From the NCBI GenBank assembly GCA_964635715.1, contig CAZWNZ010000001.1, forward strand, positions 344,274 through 408,273: a stretch of 64,000 bases of DNA, in the 5' to 3' direction. A program made the position numbers and the translations under genes. This document shows, in pieces, positions 54,015 through 64,000 of this stretch; positions within the stretch are counted from its first letter, which is position 1; each line of letters opens with the position of its first letter. The notes under the pieces were generated by a model. It was not told where the DNA came from and made no database searches. It worked only from the letters and a program-made list of their open reading frames with translations. Source of the stretch: an uncultured Gammaproteobacteria bacterium (GTDB taxonomy: Bacteria > Patescibacteriota > Microgenomatia > UBA8517).

Positions 54015-54665
54015 TTAAATCAGAGAATATCCGGGGATAAGTATTTTAAGAAAAAAGCTTATAACAGGGCTAATTAGAATACTGGCGATAGAGCCTCCTC
54101 CAAAAATAGGGAATATTAGTAGGAAAGTAAGAATTAAGCCAAAACGCTGCATGATATCTTCAAAAACAACTGACTGTTTTTGGGGTAGTATTCCAGCAAG
54201 TACTTTTCCTCCATCCAAAAATCCGATAGGGATTAAGTTAAACACAGCGAGAGCAATATTGAAGTTTATTAGATAAAAGAACAGTACAAAAAAACCTGTA
54301 TTTGGAAACGGAACGAGTAGTATTCTCAAAAATAGAGACAGGACAGCTGCCATCAGAAGGTTCGATAGTGGCCCCGCTAAAGCGATAATTGCCATATCTT
54401 TTTTTGGGTGTCTTAGATTGTAAGGATCAATTGGTACCGGTTTTGCCCATCCAAATAGGAATGGTGAGCGCATGATAAGTAGAGTGAGAGGGAAAATAAT
54501 ACTTCCAAGAATATCAATGTGGGGAATGGGATTGAGGGTAAGTCTGCCTTTAATTCTAGCAGTAGGATCTCCAAGTCGCTCTGCAACGAGGCCGTGGGCA
54601 ATTTCGTGGATTATAATCGAAAAAGCAAAACCGATGATGCCGATAATGATAACCTGGATATCCAT
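54015..54665 (-). CDS. M50-family site-2 protease-like membrane metallopeptidase
   Basis: HEIAHGLVAERLGD (HExxH) in the first TM region; polytopic, 216 aa. Confidence 0.8.
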   Translation of the reverse strand: MDIQVIIIGIIGFAFSIIIHEIAHGLVAERLGDPTARIKGRLTLNPIPHIDILGSIIFPLTLLIMRSPFLFGWAKPVPIDPYNLRHPKKDMAIIALAGPLSNLLMAAVLSLFLRILLVPFPNTGFFVLFFYLINFNIALAVFNLIPIGFLDGGKVLAGILPQKQSVVFEDIMQRFGLILTFLLIFPIFGGGSIASILISPVISFFLKILIPGYSLI

Positions 54666-54719
54666 TGCGATAAAGAGTAGTTAATAGTATAATATCGTCT
54701 ATCTCAAAGAGCAAAACAT

Positions 54720-54977
54720 ATGGCATATATTTGCGACAATTGCGAAAAAGGAATAGTTCATGGTAGGCAGAGCAGCCACGGACGCGGTGTTGCCGGTAAA
54801 AGATGGAAAAAACGTGCCCAAAAGACTTCGAGAGTTTTTAAACCCAATCTTCAGAGGATTGCTGTTATCGTAGACGGAAAGAGTTCTCAGATGAGACTTT
54901 GTACTTCTTGCATCTCAAAATTTAGAAAATTGGGGAAAATTAAAAAACCTCAGATAACAAAAACTGCTTCTTTATAA
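54720..54977 (+). CDS. rpmB: 50S ribosomal protein L28
   Basis: CDNCEK...GRQSSHGRGVAGKRWKKRAQKTSRVFKPNLQRI matches the L28 pattern; C-terminal CTSC. Confidence 0.78.
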   Translation: MAYICDNCEKGIVHGRQSSHGRGVAGKRWKKRAQKTSRVFKPNLQRIAVIVDGKSSQMRLCTSCISKFRKLGKIKKPQITKTASL

Positions 54978-54996
54978 GATTAAGCATAGCTTGGCA

Positions 54997-55875
54997 CTAC
55001 TTCACAAATTGTGCAGTAGTGTAACCTTCTTTAAATTGTTTCCAGGAAACAGGATCTTTTCCCTCAAGTTGAACTTCATCCAAAACAAGCTTGCCTTCCT
55101 CGATATGACTTTTAAGTAATTTCAGTCTTTTTTGGGCTTGCCCTTCCGAAGCTGATAAGCGAAGGAGGGTCCAGGCGCCGGGCCAAGGCTGCATAGCGCG
55201 GATGAATCTTTCAATTTCTTCGGGGGATGTCTTGTTTATATCAATAAAACCGTCTTCCTTTTTCATCAATTTTGTAAATGTAGCAGCGGAATCATCTTGA
55301 GTTTTAAGCTTGATTTTGCCTTGAATATAGAAAGGTAACATTTCAACCAAAACTTCAGCTGATTTTTCAAAAATACGATTCCTTAAGGTGTTGGAAGTGT
55401 CAGTTGGAAGAATTTCTTCTTTAAATTGGGTAACAATTGGACCGTGGTCCATTTTTTCATCCATTTTAATTATCGAACAACCGGTAATGGCATCACCATT
55501 CATAATAGCTGCGGGAACAGGAGAAGCTCCGCGGTATTTAGGTAATAGTGAGGGGTGAATTACCAAAATTCCCTGGGAAAAAAAATTTATAACATCTTTT
55601 CTTATAATTTCACCATACGATGCTAAAATCCCCAGAGTAGCCTCGTGTGAATTTTCCAGAAGATCGTTTGCAGAATAATAAATAGGAATATTATGTTCAT
55701 GTGCCCATTTATCAATGGGAGAATAGGCCAGTATTTGTTTCCTACCGATGGGTTTGGGACTTTGTGTAACAACAGCCACAATGGGAGATTTCCCCGGGCC
55801 TGTAACAAATTTTTTATGCACAGACTTTAAAATTGGAAGTACATATTCTGGTGTACCGAAAAATACTATTTTCAT
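54997..55875 (-). CDS. fmt: Methionyl-tRNA formyltransferase
   Basis: MKIVFFGTPEYVLPIL N-terminus and formyltransferase core (HPSLLPKYRGASPV). Confidence 0.9.
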   Translation of the reverse strand: MKIVFFGTPEYVLPILKSVHKKFVTGPGKSPIVAVVTQSPKPIGRKQILAYSPIDKWAHEHNIPIYYSANDLLENSHEATLGILASYGEIIRKDVINFFSQGILVIHPSLLPKYRGASPVPAAIMNGDAITGCSIIKMDEKMDHGPIVTQFKEEILPTDTSNTLRNRIFEKSAEVLVEMLPFYIQGKIKLKTQDDSAATFTKLMKKEDGFIDINKTSPEEIERFIRAMQPWPGAWTLLRLSASEGQAQKRLKLLKSHIEEGKLVLDEVQLEGKDPVSWKQFKEGYTTAQFVK

Positions 55876-55917
55876 AATTAATTCAATCCCTCGATTCCAC
55901 TCGGGATGTCGCTTTCT

Positions 55918-56451
55918 TTAAGAAAGCTCCACCTCCTCCCATTCTTCACCCTCAATTTTATATAACGGTCTACCCTCGCTTAAAAGATGGTCTATAAAGA
56001 GAATTCCTTCAAGATGGTCGATTTCGTGCAAGACTATTTGAGCATGAAAACCTGTAAAAGTTTCGGTTAAGCTTTCTCCATTTTCATTTAGATATTTGAT
56101 TGTAACTTTCGGGGCGCGTTTCAAAGGTCCGTAATAATAGGGAAGTGAAAGGCATCCTTCCAGTATTTCTTTTTTACTTTTCTTCTTCAATTCTGACCCG
56201 CTTGTTTTTTCAATCTTGATAATTTCGGGATTAATAGCAACTCTCTCAAAACTTTTGTAACTAGCCACAAATATTCTCAAATTTTTCCCAATTTGAGGAG
56301 CCGCAAGGGCAACACCTTCGGGATCTTTTTGCACACTTAAAGTATCTTTCATGTCCCTGATGAGGTCTTTAATTTTTTTATCTATTTTTCTTACGGGTTT
56401 TGATTTACGTCGCAATATAGGATCGCTGGAAAACACAATTTTTCGAATCAT
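55918..56451 (-). CDS. def: Peptide deformylase
   Basis: Motifs GxGxAAxQ-like GVALAAPQIG, EGCLSLP and HEIDHLEG (all three PDF motifs). Confidence 0.92.
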   Translation of the reverse strand: MIRKIVFSSDPILRRKSKPVRKIDKKIKDLIRDMKDTLSVQKDPEGVALAAPQIGKNLRIFVASYKSFERVAINPEIIKIEKTSGSELKKKSKKEILEGCLSLPYYYGPLKRAPKVTIKYLNENGESLTETFTGFHAQIVLHEIDHLEGILFIDHLLSEGRPLYKIEGEEWEEVELS

Positions 56452-56476
56452 GCCTGAATTATATCAAAAAATCGGC

Positions 56477-58594
56477 CTATTTAACACTTTCAAGATACTG
56501 TTTTGCTATCGAATCATTGGGATCGAGGTTTGTTAGTATATATTCAAGTTGTGTTTTGGCCTCGTTATAGTAATCGGCGTCTATTAAAAGAATCGCATAT
56601 GCCAATCTTGCTTCCTTGTAATTTGGTTTTAATTCAACTGCTTCATTTAGTAATTGAAGAGCTGGTTTATTTTCCCCGATCCTGGAATAGATCAAACCCA
56701 GGTTGTAATGAAGTTTAGCGTCGGTTGGGGCTTGTTCGACTGCGGTTACCAATATATCTTTCGCATCGAGTAAATAATTGATATCTATTGATGAAAGCAT
56801 AACAAAAACCCCAAATTCTATTCTTTTAAGATTTACATTTGCAGGAGTAAGATTGACGGACTTTATTGAATTATCAATTGCAATTTTTGCAAATTTTGCT
56901 GCTGTAGTAGACTCTTCTGCTTCGTTGTATGCCAAAGCCAGATTTACATAGCTTTTTGAAAGCTCTGAATAATAAATACTTTGACGGGGTTGAAGTTTTA
57001 TTGCTTTATTTAGATAGTCGGTTGCAATATCTTGTCTGTTTACTTTATTATAGCTTGCACCTTTGGCGTAAAGAGTGTCCGCATACCAGTAGCGGCAGGT
57101 CAAAATAAACAAAAATAGGGCAAAAAAGGCAATTATCCAGCTAAACGTTTTTTGATTGGCAGTTAAAAATATTTTTCCTTTTGTTTGGTCATTTTCGGTT
57201 AAATAAATAACCACAGTGAGCGCAGGATACAGATAAAACAAAATCTGTACAGGTACTACGGAAAATCCGAAGAAGTTGGTAATAAGAATTGAAATATAAC
57301 CGGAGAGTAAACCGGCAATTATCAATTTCCAATTATCAATTTCCAATTTTTCTGATTTGGCATTGGTATTTATTTGATACTGGTATTTATTTGGAATAGT
57401 GATCATTAGATAAATTGAAAACCCGATTACAGCTAAATATGTCAACAGACCGACAAAACCGGCATTGGCAAGATGGTTGAGGTATTCGTTGTGAGCTTTA
57501 TTGTATATATAATCCCACTCGGAAGTTAGGTTGTGTTCAGTTGGGCGGTATAGGTAGTAAGAGTAGGCAAAAGTTTCGACACCTGTTCCAAATACAGGAT
57601 AATGCTTCCATATATCAATGGCTCCTTTCCAAACTATTTTGCGTATAGTTCCAGATTCGGTTCCTCCGGTTTCCAAAACAGTTGCTCCTGTTTGCATTTC
57701 AGCGGCAGTTTGTTTTAATTGAACCTTTTTAAACAAATCAACAATATTTGGTGTAAATTGTGTGCCAAAAATTAATGCCGCTATGGCAATAAAAATATTG
57801 ATTGTTAGGAAGTTTTTAATGGATTTCGATTTGTATTTTAAAAAAATAACTCCCCAGAAAATTATTTCTGCTGCCATAAATCCTATGAGTCCGGATCTTG
57901 ATTTGGTAAATAACAAAACAATAAAAAATAAAGTAGAAAGAATGTAGGGGACGGCTGTCTTTAAACTTAATTTTTCATTTTTGCCATCTAAAATATACGA
58001 CCACGTAACCGGAATTAAAGCTACCAGCCAAGCTGCCAGCCAATTGGGTTGTCCAAGGGTAGAGAAGACTCTGGATTGAACATCCTGCTGCCAGATATTT
58101 TTATCTATTCCCCAATGCTCCAATACACCGTAAATAGAAACCAAAGCGGCAGACAAAAAAGTAATATTAATAATTTTTTTCACTTTTACACCCTGGATAT
58201 TTGAAACGAATGCCCAGTATAAGAGTAGGTAGGAAATGGTAGACAGCAGCCCTCCATTAAATCTTGAATAATAGCCGAACAGTGATGTGTAAGGGTCTAT
58301 AGAGAAAAGAGTAGAAAGTACCTGCGACCCAAAAAAAAGCAGTAAGGGAATATCCAATATTGTGCGACGAAATATAAATTTTCTTTGCCATATCATTTTT
58401 ACGGTCCAGACGGCAACAATACAAATCACCAGAATATAAACAGTAATTATTTTGTTAAATTCGAAAAGTTCGGAGTTAAAAGGCCACAAGATTAATGGGA
58501 CCAGAAAAAACAAAATATAAAATAGAATTTCAATGGTTCTTTGGAGAGATTTCACAATAAAATTGTAACACATATAACAATAAACCCTTTGCAT
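56477..58594 (-). CDS. O-antigen ligase/Wzy-like polytopic membrane protein with C-terminal TPR repeats
   Basis: ~12 TM helices in the N-terminal 450 aa; the C-terminal ~250 aa have TPR-like periodicity (AYNEAEES...LHYNLGLIYSRIGENKPALQLLNEAVELKPNYKEA). Confidence 0.65.
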   Translation of the reverse strand: MQRVYCYMCYNFIVKSLQRTIEILFYILFFLVPLILWPFNSELFEFNKIITVYILVICIVAVWTVKMIWQRKFIFRRTILDIPLLLFFGSQVLSTLFSIDPYTSLFGYYSRFNGGLLSTISYLLLYWAFVSNIQGVKVKKIINITFLSAALVSIYGVLEHWGIDKNIWQQDVQSRVFSTLGQPNWLAAWLVALIPVTWSYILDGKNEKLSLKTAVPYILSTLFFIVLLFTKSRSGLIGFMAAEIIFWGVIFLKYKSKSIKNFLTINIFIAIAALIFGTQFTPNIVDLFKKVQLKQTAAEMQTGATVLETGGTESGTIRKIVWKGAIDIWKHYPVFGTGVETFAYSYYLYRPTEHNLTSEWDYIYNKAHNEYLNHLANAGFVGLLTYLAVIGFSIYLMITIPNKYQYQINTNAKSEKLEIDNWKLIIAGLLSGYISILITNFFGFSVVPVQILFYLYPALTVVIYLTENDQTKGKIFLTANQKTFSWIIAFFALFLFILTCRYWYADTLYAKGASYNKVNRQDIATDYLNKAIKLQPRQSIYYSELSKSYVNLALAYNEAEESTTAAKFAKIAIDNSIKSVNLTPANVNLKRIEFGVFVMLSSIDINYLLDAKDILVTAVEQAPTDAKLHYNLGLIYSRIGENKPALQLLNEAVELKPNYKEARLAYAILLIDADYYNEAKTQLEYILTNLDPNDSIAKQYLESVK
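57314..57393. repeat. Coding-embedded short repeats: 14-nt direct repeat (CCAATTATCAATTT x2) and two TGGTATTTATTTG units
   Basis: Read directly inside the gene 56477..58594; encodes an inter-helix loop containing NKYQYQI. Confidence 0.7.
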
Positions 58595-58655
58595 CTTTGC
58601 GGCAAATGAGTATACTCCTGGTACAAGGAATTTATATAATTAAGTCGGAGTTTCC

Positions 58656-59744
58656 TTGAAATCTATTATGAAAATTATTAATCCAATAGACAGATTTTTA
58701 GGATTGTTTTCTCACGACATTGGTATTGATTTGGGTACAGCTAACACGCTAGTTTATGTTAGGGGAAAAGGAATTGTAATAAGAGAACCTTCAGCAGTAG
58801 CCAGACATAAAAAAACCAAGGAAATATTAGCGATAGGAACTTCGGCAAAAAAAATGATTGGTAGAGCTCCGGCATCAATTGATGTTGTTAGACCATTGCG
58901 TGACGGTGTGATTTCGGATTTTGACGCAACAGCTTCAATGCTTTCCTACTATATTAAGAAGGTTCATGAATCAGGAAATACCTTTCCTCAAATCCCGAGA
59001 CCGAAAGTTATTATAGGTATACCGTCGGGTGTTACAGAAGTGGAAAGAAGAGCCGTTGCGGAAGCAGCTCTTGATGCCGGAGCGCGTGAAGCTAATCTAA
59101 TTGAAGAACCTATGGCGGCTGCTATAGGGGCAGGGCTTCCGATTGAAGGACCGGAAGGTAATTTTATTGTCGATATTGGTGGCGGAACGACCGAGATTGC
59201 TGTAATTTCACTGGGTGGAATTGTGCTCGGTAGGAGTGTGAGAATAGCCGGAGATGAAATGGATGAAGCAGTTATCAATTATGTACGCTTAAAATATTCG
59301 CTTTTGTTGGGCCAGCCCACGGCAGAGTCGGTTAAAATTGGGATTGGCGAAGCAGGTAGGGGTAATAATGATGTCATTAAGAATGAACAGAAATTCACCG
59401 TGGTTCGCGGAAGGGATTTAGAAACCGGCCTTCCAAAATCTATTAAACTCACCAGTGAAGAAATAAAAGAAGCTCTCAGCCCAATGCTTCAGGAAATTGT
59501 TGGCAATATTGTTGATGCACTTGAAGAAACTCCACCGGAGCTTACCAGCGACATAATGGAAAGGGGAATTGTTTTGGCAGGCGGAGGATCACTTATTTCA
59601 GGAATAGAAAAGACAATATCAGATATTACAAAAATGCCTGTTTGGGTGGCCGACGATCCTTTGACTTGTGTAGTTAGGGGTTGTGGTAAATGTCTTGAAG
59701 ACAATGGTCTTCTTAAAAAAATCAGAGTGACCAAAGGCTTCTGA
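58656..59744 (+). CDS. mreB: Rod shape-determining actin homolog MreB (paralog 2)
   Basis: IGIDLGTANTLVYV and DIGGGTTEIA; directly upstream of the PBP2 gene. Confidence 0.9.
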   Translation: MKSIMKIINPIDRFLGLFSHDIGIDLGTANTLVYVRGKGIVIREPSAVARHKKTKEILAIGTSAKKMIGRAPASIDVVRPLRDGVISDFDATASMLSYYIKKVHESGNTFPQIPRPKVIIGIPSGVTEVERRAVAEAALDAGAREANLIEEPMAAAIGAGLPIEGPEGNFIVDIGGGTTEIAVISLGGIVLGRSVRIAGDEMDEAVINYVRLKYSLLLGQPTAESVKIGIGEAGRGNNDVIKNEQKFTVVRGRDLETGLPKSIKLTSEEIKEALSPMLQEIVGNIVDALEETPPELTSDIMERGIVLAGGGSLISGIEKTISDITKMPVWVADDPLTCVVRGCGKCLEDNGLLKKIRVTKGF

Positions 59745-59781
59745 ATTGATAATTGATAAACGATAACTGATAATTGAAAGT

Positions 59782-61449
59782 ATGCATTTATTATCCTCGG
59801 ATGTTAAACAATCCTGGCTTTCCTGGTTTTTAAGGGGGGTTCTAATACTTGTTTTTTTGGTTCTTCTAGCAAAGCTTGTTGAAATGCAAATGATTAAAGG
59901 TGACTACTATCGCAAACTTTCTGAGGAAAATAGGATACGCAGGGTGACAATTCCCGCTGAGAGAGGAAAGATTTTAGCAAAAGGCGGAGAAGTACTGGCG
60001 GGAAATACTACAGTTACCAAAAGAGTGTTATTTACCAAAGAGGGAGGTTTTACTCTTTCGGAAGATCTGACGGGAGCTACCGGTGAAGAAATGGTTGTGG
60101 ATTACAAAAGATACTATCCATTGTCCGATAAATTTTCTCAAGCATTGGGATATCTGGCAAAAGTTGGTGATGAAGAAGCTGAAAAAGTAAATCCAGATTG
60201 TCCTGAGAAGGGAGTTAGGTCGGGAGAATTTCTTGTTGGCAAAACCGGATTAGAGGGTGCATACGAATGTCTCTTGTCGGGTACTCCGGGCGAAAAAATA
60301 ATTGAAGTGGATGCCTCTGGCAAAGAAGTTAGAATTTTGGGCAAAACGGATCCGATCCCTGGTCGCAATCTACAAACAACGGTAGATTACAGTTTACAGA
60401 TAAAGTTGGCGGACGAAATGAATGGCCAAAAAGGTGCTGCCATAGTGACAGGTGGAAATGGAGAAATTTTAGCCTATTATTCATACCCGACTTTTGATCC
60501 AAATATTTTTGTTAGTGAGGGAAACAGTGAAAAAATAACCGGTCTTTTTAATAATCCCGATTTGCCGTTTTTTAATCGGGTTATAGGTGGAACTTTTCAT
60601 CCCGGATCGGTTTTTAAACCCTTGGTTGCTTTAGCTGCTCTGGAAGAAGGGGTAATCGATGCGGAATTTACTTATAACGATGAGGGATATATACGGGTAA
60701 ACGAGTATATTTATAATAACTGGTATTTTACGGAATATGGAAACACGGAAGGTTCTATTAATCTTACTAGGGCGATTGCACGCTCAACTGACACCTTCTT
60801 TTATGCGATAGGTCAGATGGTTGGTCCGGAAAATATAGCCAAATGGGCTCACAGTTTTGGTGTTGATGATCGTACTGGAATAGATATTGCGGGTGAGGTT
60901 AGTGGGCTGATTCCTACTCCGGATTGGAAAAAGATGGTTAAAAACGAATCTTGGTTTTTGGGAAACACTTATCATATGTCAATTGGTCAGGGTGATGTGG
61001 CTGTGACACCAATTGAAATTAACAATTATATCTCTGCGATTGCGACTGACGGCAGATTATGTACACCACATTTTTACAAATCCGGGGATTTTCAGTGCAA
61101 AAAAATAAATGTAAAACAGCAAAATATCCAGTTGGTTACAAGAGGTATGATTGATGCCTGTTCAAGTGGTGGTACGGCCTATACTTTTTTCGATTTTGCC
61201 AATAAACACAACGGTATCGAAGTTGCTTGCAAAACAGGAACAGCGGAAGTAAGCACGGATGGAGAGCCGCATGCGTGGTTTACCTTTTTTGCTCCGGCTG
61301 AAGATCCACAAATGATTATGACTGTTTTGATAGAAAAAGGCGGTCAGGGTTCATCGGTCGCCGGTCCTGTCGCCAGAGAAGTGGCAGATTATTATTTTGC
61401 ATCTTTCGGACCGGAAAACCCTCAGAATGTTGATATGACAGGAAATTAA
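59782..61449 (+). CDS. mrdA: Penicillin-binding protein 2 (class B transpeptidase)
   Basis: N-terminal TM, dimerisation domain, and transpeptidase motifs SVFK (SxxK) and KTGTAEV (KTG). Confidence 0.88.
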   Translation: MHLLSSDVKQSWLSWFLRGVLILVFLVLLAKLVEMQMIKGDYYRKLSEENRIRRVTIPAERGKILAKGGEVLAGNTTVTKRVLFTKEGGFTLSEDLTGATGEEMVVDYKRYYPLSDKFSQALGYLAKVGDEEAEKVNPDCPEKGVRSGEFLVGKTGLEGAYECLLSGTPGEKIIEVDASGKEVRILGKTDPIPGRNLQTTVDYSLQIKLADEMNGQKGAAIVTGGNGEILAYYSYPTFDPNIFVSEGNSEKITGLFNNPDLPFFNRVIGGTFHPGSVFKPLVALAALEEGVIDAEFTYNDEGYIRVNEYIYNNWYFTEYGNTEGSINLTRAIARSTDTFFYAIGQMVGPENIAKWAHSFGVDDRTGIDIAGEVSGLIPTPDWKKMVKNESWFLGNTYHMSIGQGDVAVTPIEINNYISAIATDGRLCTPHFYKSGDFQCKKINVKQQNIQLVTRGMIDACSSGGTAYTFFDFANKHNGIEVACKTGTAEVSTDGEPHAWFTFFAPAEDPQMIMTVLIEKGGQGSSVAGPVAREVADYYFASFGPENPQNVDMTGN

Positions 61450-61468
61450 GTTTTAATATAAGAATAAG

Positions 61469-62551
61469 GTGACCGAAAAAGAATATTTAATTGCGACCGC
61501 GGCTTTTACTTATTTTGGGCCTGTTAGAATAAGGCTTCTTGTCTCTTACTTCAAGACTGCAAAAAGAGTTTGGGAAAGTTCAAGATCGGAACTTTTAAAA
61601 ATTGGACTTCCGGAAAAAAAAGTTACGGAATTTATCGATTTTAGAAAAAAATTTCAACATGAACTATATTTCAAAAGGCTTGAAAAACTTGGAATAAAAA
61701 CAACTACTTATATAGATAAAGATTTTCCTACCAATTTGAAAAACCTATCCGGTGCCCCGGTAGTTTTGTATTATAAAGGTTCTATTTCAAGTCTTAAGAG
61801 AAATTCTGTGGCTGTTGTGGGAGCAAGAAAGATGACTTCATATGGTAGAGAAGTTGCCGAAAATTTTTCCGGCACCTTAGCGAGTTTTGGCGTAACAATT
61901 ATTTCAGGGCTGGCTCATGGAGTTGACACAGTGGCTCACAAGGCTTGTTTGCTTGCCGGTGGAAATACAATTGCTGTTTTGGGTTGTGGATTGGATTATA
62001 TTTTCCCGACAGAAAATACTATTCTTGCCGGGGAAATTGTTAAAAAGGGTGGTGCCTTAATCAGTGAGTACCCTTTAGGATATCCGGCGTTGCCTCCAAA
62101 CTTTGCCGTAAGAAATAGAATCATTTCCGGACTATCTACATGTGTGTTAGTTATTGAAGGTGCTGAAAAAAGCGGAACTCTTCTAACAGCAAGTCACGCA
62201 GCTGATCAGGGGAAAACAGTTTTTGCGGTTCCTGGGCAAATTACATCACCCTTGTCTGGCGCCCCGCTGTACTTACTAAGGAATGGCGCAAAAATAGCAA
62301 CTGAGCCAAGAGACATACTTGATGAATTAGATATGGAGGTAAAGGTTGACAGGGAAAAAATGGAAAAAGTAGTTCCCGACAATCCTATGGAGGAAAAGCT
62401 TATGAAATATTTAGAAACAGAACCTTACCATCTTGACGAGCTTGTTAGAATAACAGGTAGTCAAACTTCTGAAATTTCTGCTAGACTGACTATCATGGAA
62501 ATGAAGGGCCTGGTTAGAAATTTGGGAGGAGGAAAATACAAACGAGTTTAA
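61469..62551 (+). CDS. dprA: DNA processing protein DprA (Smf)
   Basis: Rossmann-like core VAVVGARKMTSYGREVAENFSGTLASFGVTIISGLAHGVDTVAHKACL...TIAVLGCGLD; conserved dprA-topA adjacency. Confidence 0.88.
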   Translation: MTEKEYLIATAAFTYFGPVRIRLLVSYFKTAKRVWESSRSELLKIGLPEKKVTEFIDFRKKFQHELYFKRLEKLGIKTTTYIDKDFPTNLKNLSGAPVVLYYKGSISSLKRNSVAVVGARKMTSYGREVAENFSGTLASFGVTIISGLAHGVDTVAHKACLLAGGNTIAVLGCGLDYIFPTENTILAGEIVKKGGALISEYPLGYPALPPNFAVRNRIISGLSTCVLVIEGAEKSGTLLTASHAADQGKTVFAVPGQITSPLSGAPLYLLRNGAKIATEPRDILDELDMEVKVDREKMEKVVPDNPMEEKLMKYLETEPYHLDELVRITGSQTSEISARLTIMEMKGLVRNLGGGKYKRV

Positions 62552-62655
62552 TAAATACCAATGAACACCAATAAACAAATAAATACAAATGCCCAATACG
62601 TAACAAACCCCGTTTTGGGAATTGGATTATTGGTACTTATTGGTAGTATTAGTAA
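62549..62655. repeat. AT-rich palindromic element of the AATAAATACCAAT family between dprA and topA
   Basis: taataaataccaatgaacaccaataaacaaataaatacaaatg ... attggattattggtacttattggtagtattagtaatta, with an internal CCCAA...TTGGG hairpin. Confidence 0.6.
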
Positions 62656-62660
62656 TTATC

Positions 62661-64000
62661 ATGAATCTTATTATCGTTGAGTCGCCGACAAAAGCCAGAA
62701 CTCTCGGAAAATTTTTGGGGAGTAAATTTGCTGTGGAAGCAACCGCGGGGCATATTAAAGACCTGCCAAAAAGCAAGCTTGGAATTGAAGTTGAAGATCA
62801 TTTCAAACCGGATTTTGCTGATATTCCAAAAAAGAAAGACATTATTAAAAAGCTGAAATCAGAAGGTAAAAAGGCCGACAAAATTTATTTGGCAACAGAC
62901 CCCGACCGTGAAGGAGAAGCTATCGCCCAGCATGTTGCGGAAGTGTTAGGATCAAACTCAAAACTCAGAAGAATAGCTTTCCATGAGATAACAAAGGAAG
63001 CGGTGGAAGAGGCGATTGGAAACCCCAGGAGTATTGATAAAAATTTGGTTGATGCTCAAATTGCCAGAAGGGTTTTGGATAGATTGGTTGGTTACAAGCT
63101 TTCACCACTGCTTTGGAAAAAAATCAGGCGTGGTCTTTCAGCCGGGCGTGTACAGTCGGTTGCTGTGCGTCTCATTGTTGAAAAAGAAAGAGAAATAAAA
63201 GCGTTTAAAACTGAAGAATATTGGGAGATATTTTCAAAGGTAAAGACAGATAAGAAAGAGGAATTTGATGTCGAATTGGTCAAGGTGGATGGAAAAACAA
63301 TGGAGGTTAAGAATAAGGAATCTGCCGACAAGATTATTGAGAATTTAGAAAAGGCTTTATACAAAGTTACTGACATCCGGAAAAAAGAGGTTAAAAAAAG
63401 TCCGTATCCACCATTTACAACTTCAACTATGTCACAGGCAGCGGCAAGGATTTTTGGTTGGTCTTCCAAAAAAACCATGTCTATGGCCCAAAAGCTTTAT
63501 GAAGAGGGCCTTATTACTTACCACAGAACAGATTCGTTTAATTTATCTATTGCGGCTGTTGAAAATGTCAGAAAATATATCAAGAAAGAATTTGGTGAAA
63601 GTTATTTACCGGCATCCCCCAAATATTACAAAACCAGTTCGAAAGTAGCTCAGGAAGCTCATGAAGCAATTAGGCCGACTGACATAAATTCCAAATTTCA
63701 AATGACAAACGACAAATGGGGCAAAGATGAGGAAACACTCTATAAATTAATTTGGTCGAGATTTGTTGCCTGTCAAATGAACCCAAGTCTTTACGATGAA
63801 ACTGTGATTGATGTGGAGGCCGCTAAGTACTTGCTTCGGGCCGGAGGTCAGATTATGAAATTTGACGGATGGAGAAAGGTTATGCCATCAAAACTAGATC
63901 CAGAAGGTGCCGTTAAACTCCCTGACGTTTCCAAAAACGAGGAATTAAAATTAATTAAAACTTGGGGAGAACAAAAATTTACCCAAGCTCCTGCAAGATA
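62661..64000 (+). CDS. topA: DNA topoisomerase I (partial, continues beyond window end)
   Basis: Toprim N-terminus MNLIIVESPTKARTLGKFLG...ATDPDREGEAIAQHV, with a continuous frame to position 64000. Confidence 0.9.
   Translation, partial: MNLIIVESPTKARTLGKFLGSKFAVEATAGHIKDLPKSKLGIEVEDHFKPDFADIPKKKDIIKKLKSEGKKADKIYLATDPDREGEAIAQHVAEVLGSNSKLRRIAFHEITKEAVEEAIGNPRSIDKNLVDAQIARRVLDRLVGYKLSPLLWKKIRRGLSAGRVQSVAVRLIVEKEREIKAFKTEEYWEIFSKVKTDKKEEFDVELVKVDGKTMEVKNKESADKIIENLEKALYKVTDIRKKEVKKSPYPPFTTSTMSQAAARIFGWSSKKTMSMAQKLYEEGLITYHRTDSFNLSIAAVENVRKYIKKEFGESYLPASPKYYKTSSKVAQEAHEAIRPTDINSKFQMTNDKWGKDEETLYKLIWSRFVACQMNPSLYDETVIDVEAAKYLLRAGGQIMKFDGWRKVMPSKLDPEGAVKLPDVSKNEELKLIKTWGEQKFTQAPAR

Overview
This 64-kb window is AT-rich and looks bacterial. 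Gene content is consistent with a small-genome, Candidate Phyla Radiation (Patescibacteria)-like organism, though that assignment is an inference from gene content alone.

Housekeeping genes make up most of the window: leuS, argS, ndk, two mreB paralogs with a PBP2 gene, the secE-nusG-rplKAJL cluster, rpmG, rpmB, rpsU, def-fmt, queA, rnhB, dprA-topA and comEA with a split comEC. Six tRNA genes are present (Pro, Arg, Trp, Thr x2, Tyr).

Several regions look like accessory or novel content:
- An archaeal-type mevalonate/isoprenoid cluster (mvk, mvaD-like, ipk, idi, a trans-prenyl synthase and a long uppS) at 17.4-23.1 kb.
- A 1598-aa surface protein whose N-terminus is an excisionase-family HTH followed by one TM helix (23.9-28.7 kb).
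- A divergent, partial F1-ATPase-like operon (alpha, gamma, beta and a truncated epsilon) with no a, b or delta genes. It is preceded by a secreted protein whose C-terminus looks like a c-subunit hairpin lacking the ion-binding carboxylate (28.9-33.4 kb).
- An operon encoding a 7-TM membrane protein, three tandem ATP-grasp (RimK-like) ligases, one fused to a retropepsin-like domain, and a 198-aa unknown (35.9-40.6 kb). I predict it is a peptide-ligase or peptide-tagging system and rank it with the F1-like operon as the best candidate for an undescribed system.
- Partial tRNA-fragment duplications beside three of the six tRNA genes.
- A dispersed AT-rich palindromic repeat family built on AATAAATACCAAT, and a small island of unknown genes next to tRNA-Trp.

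I found no rRNA, CRISPR array, transposase or integrase gene.
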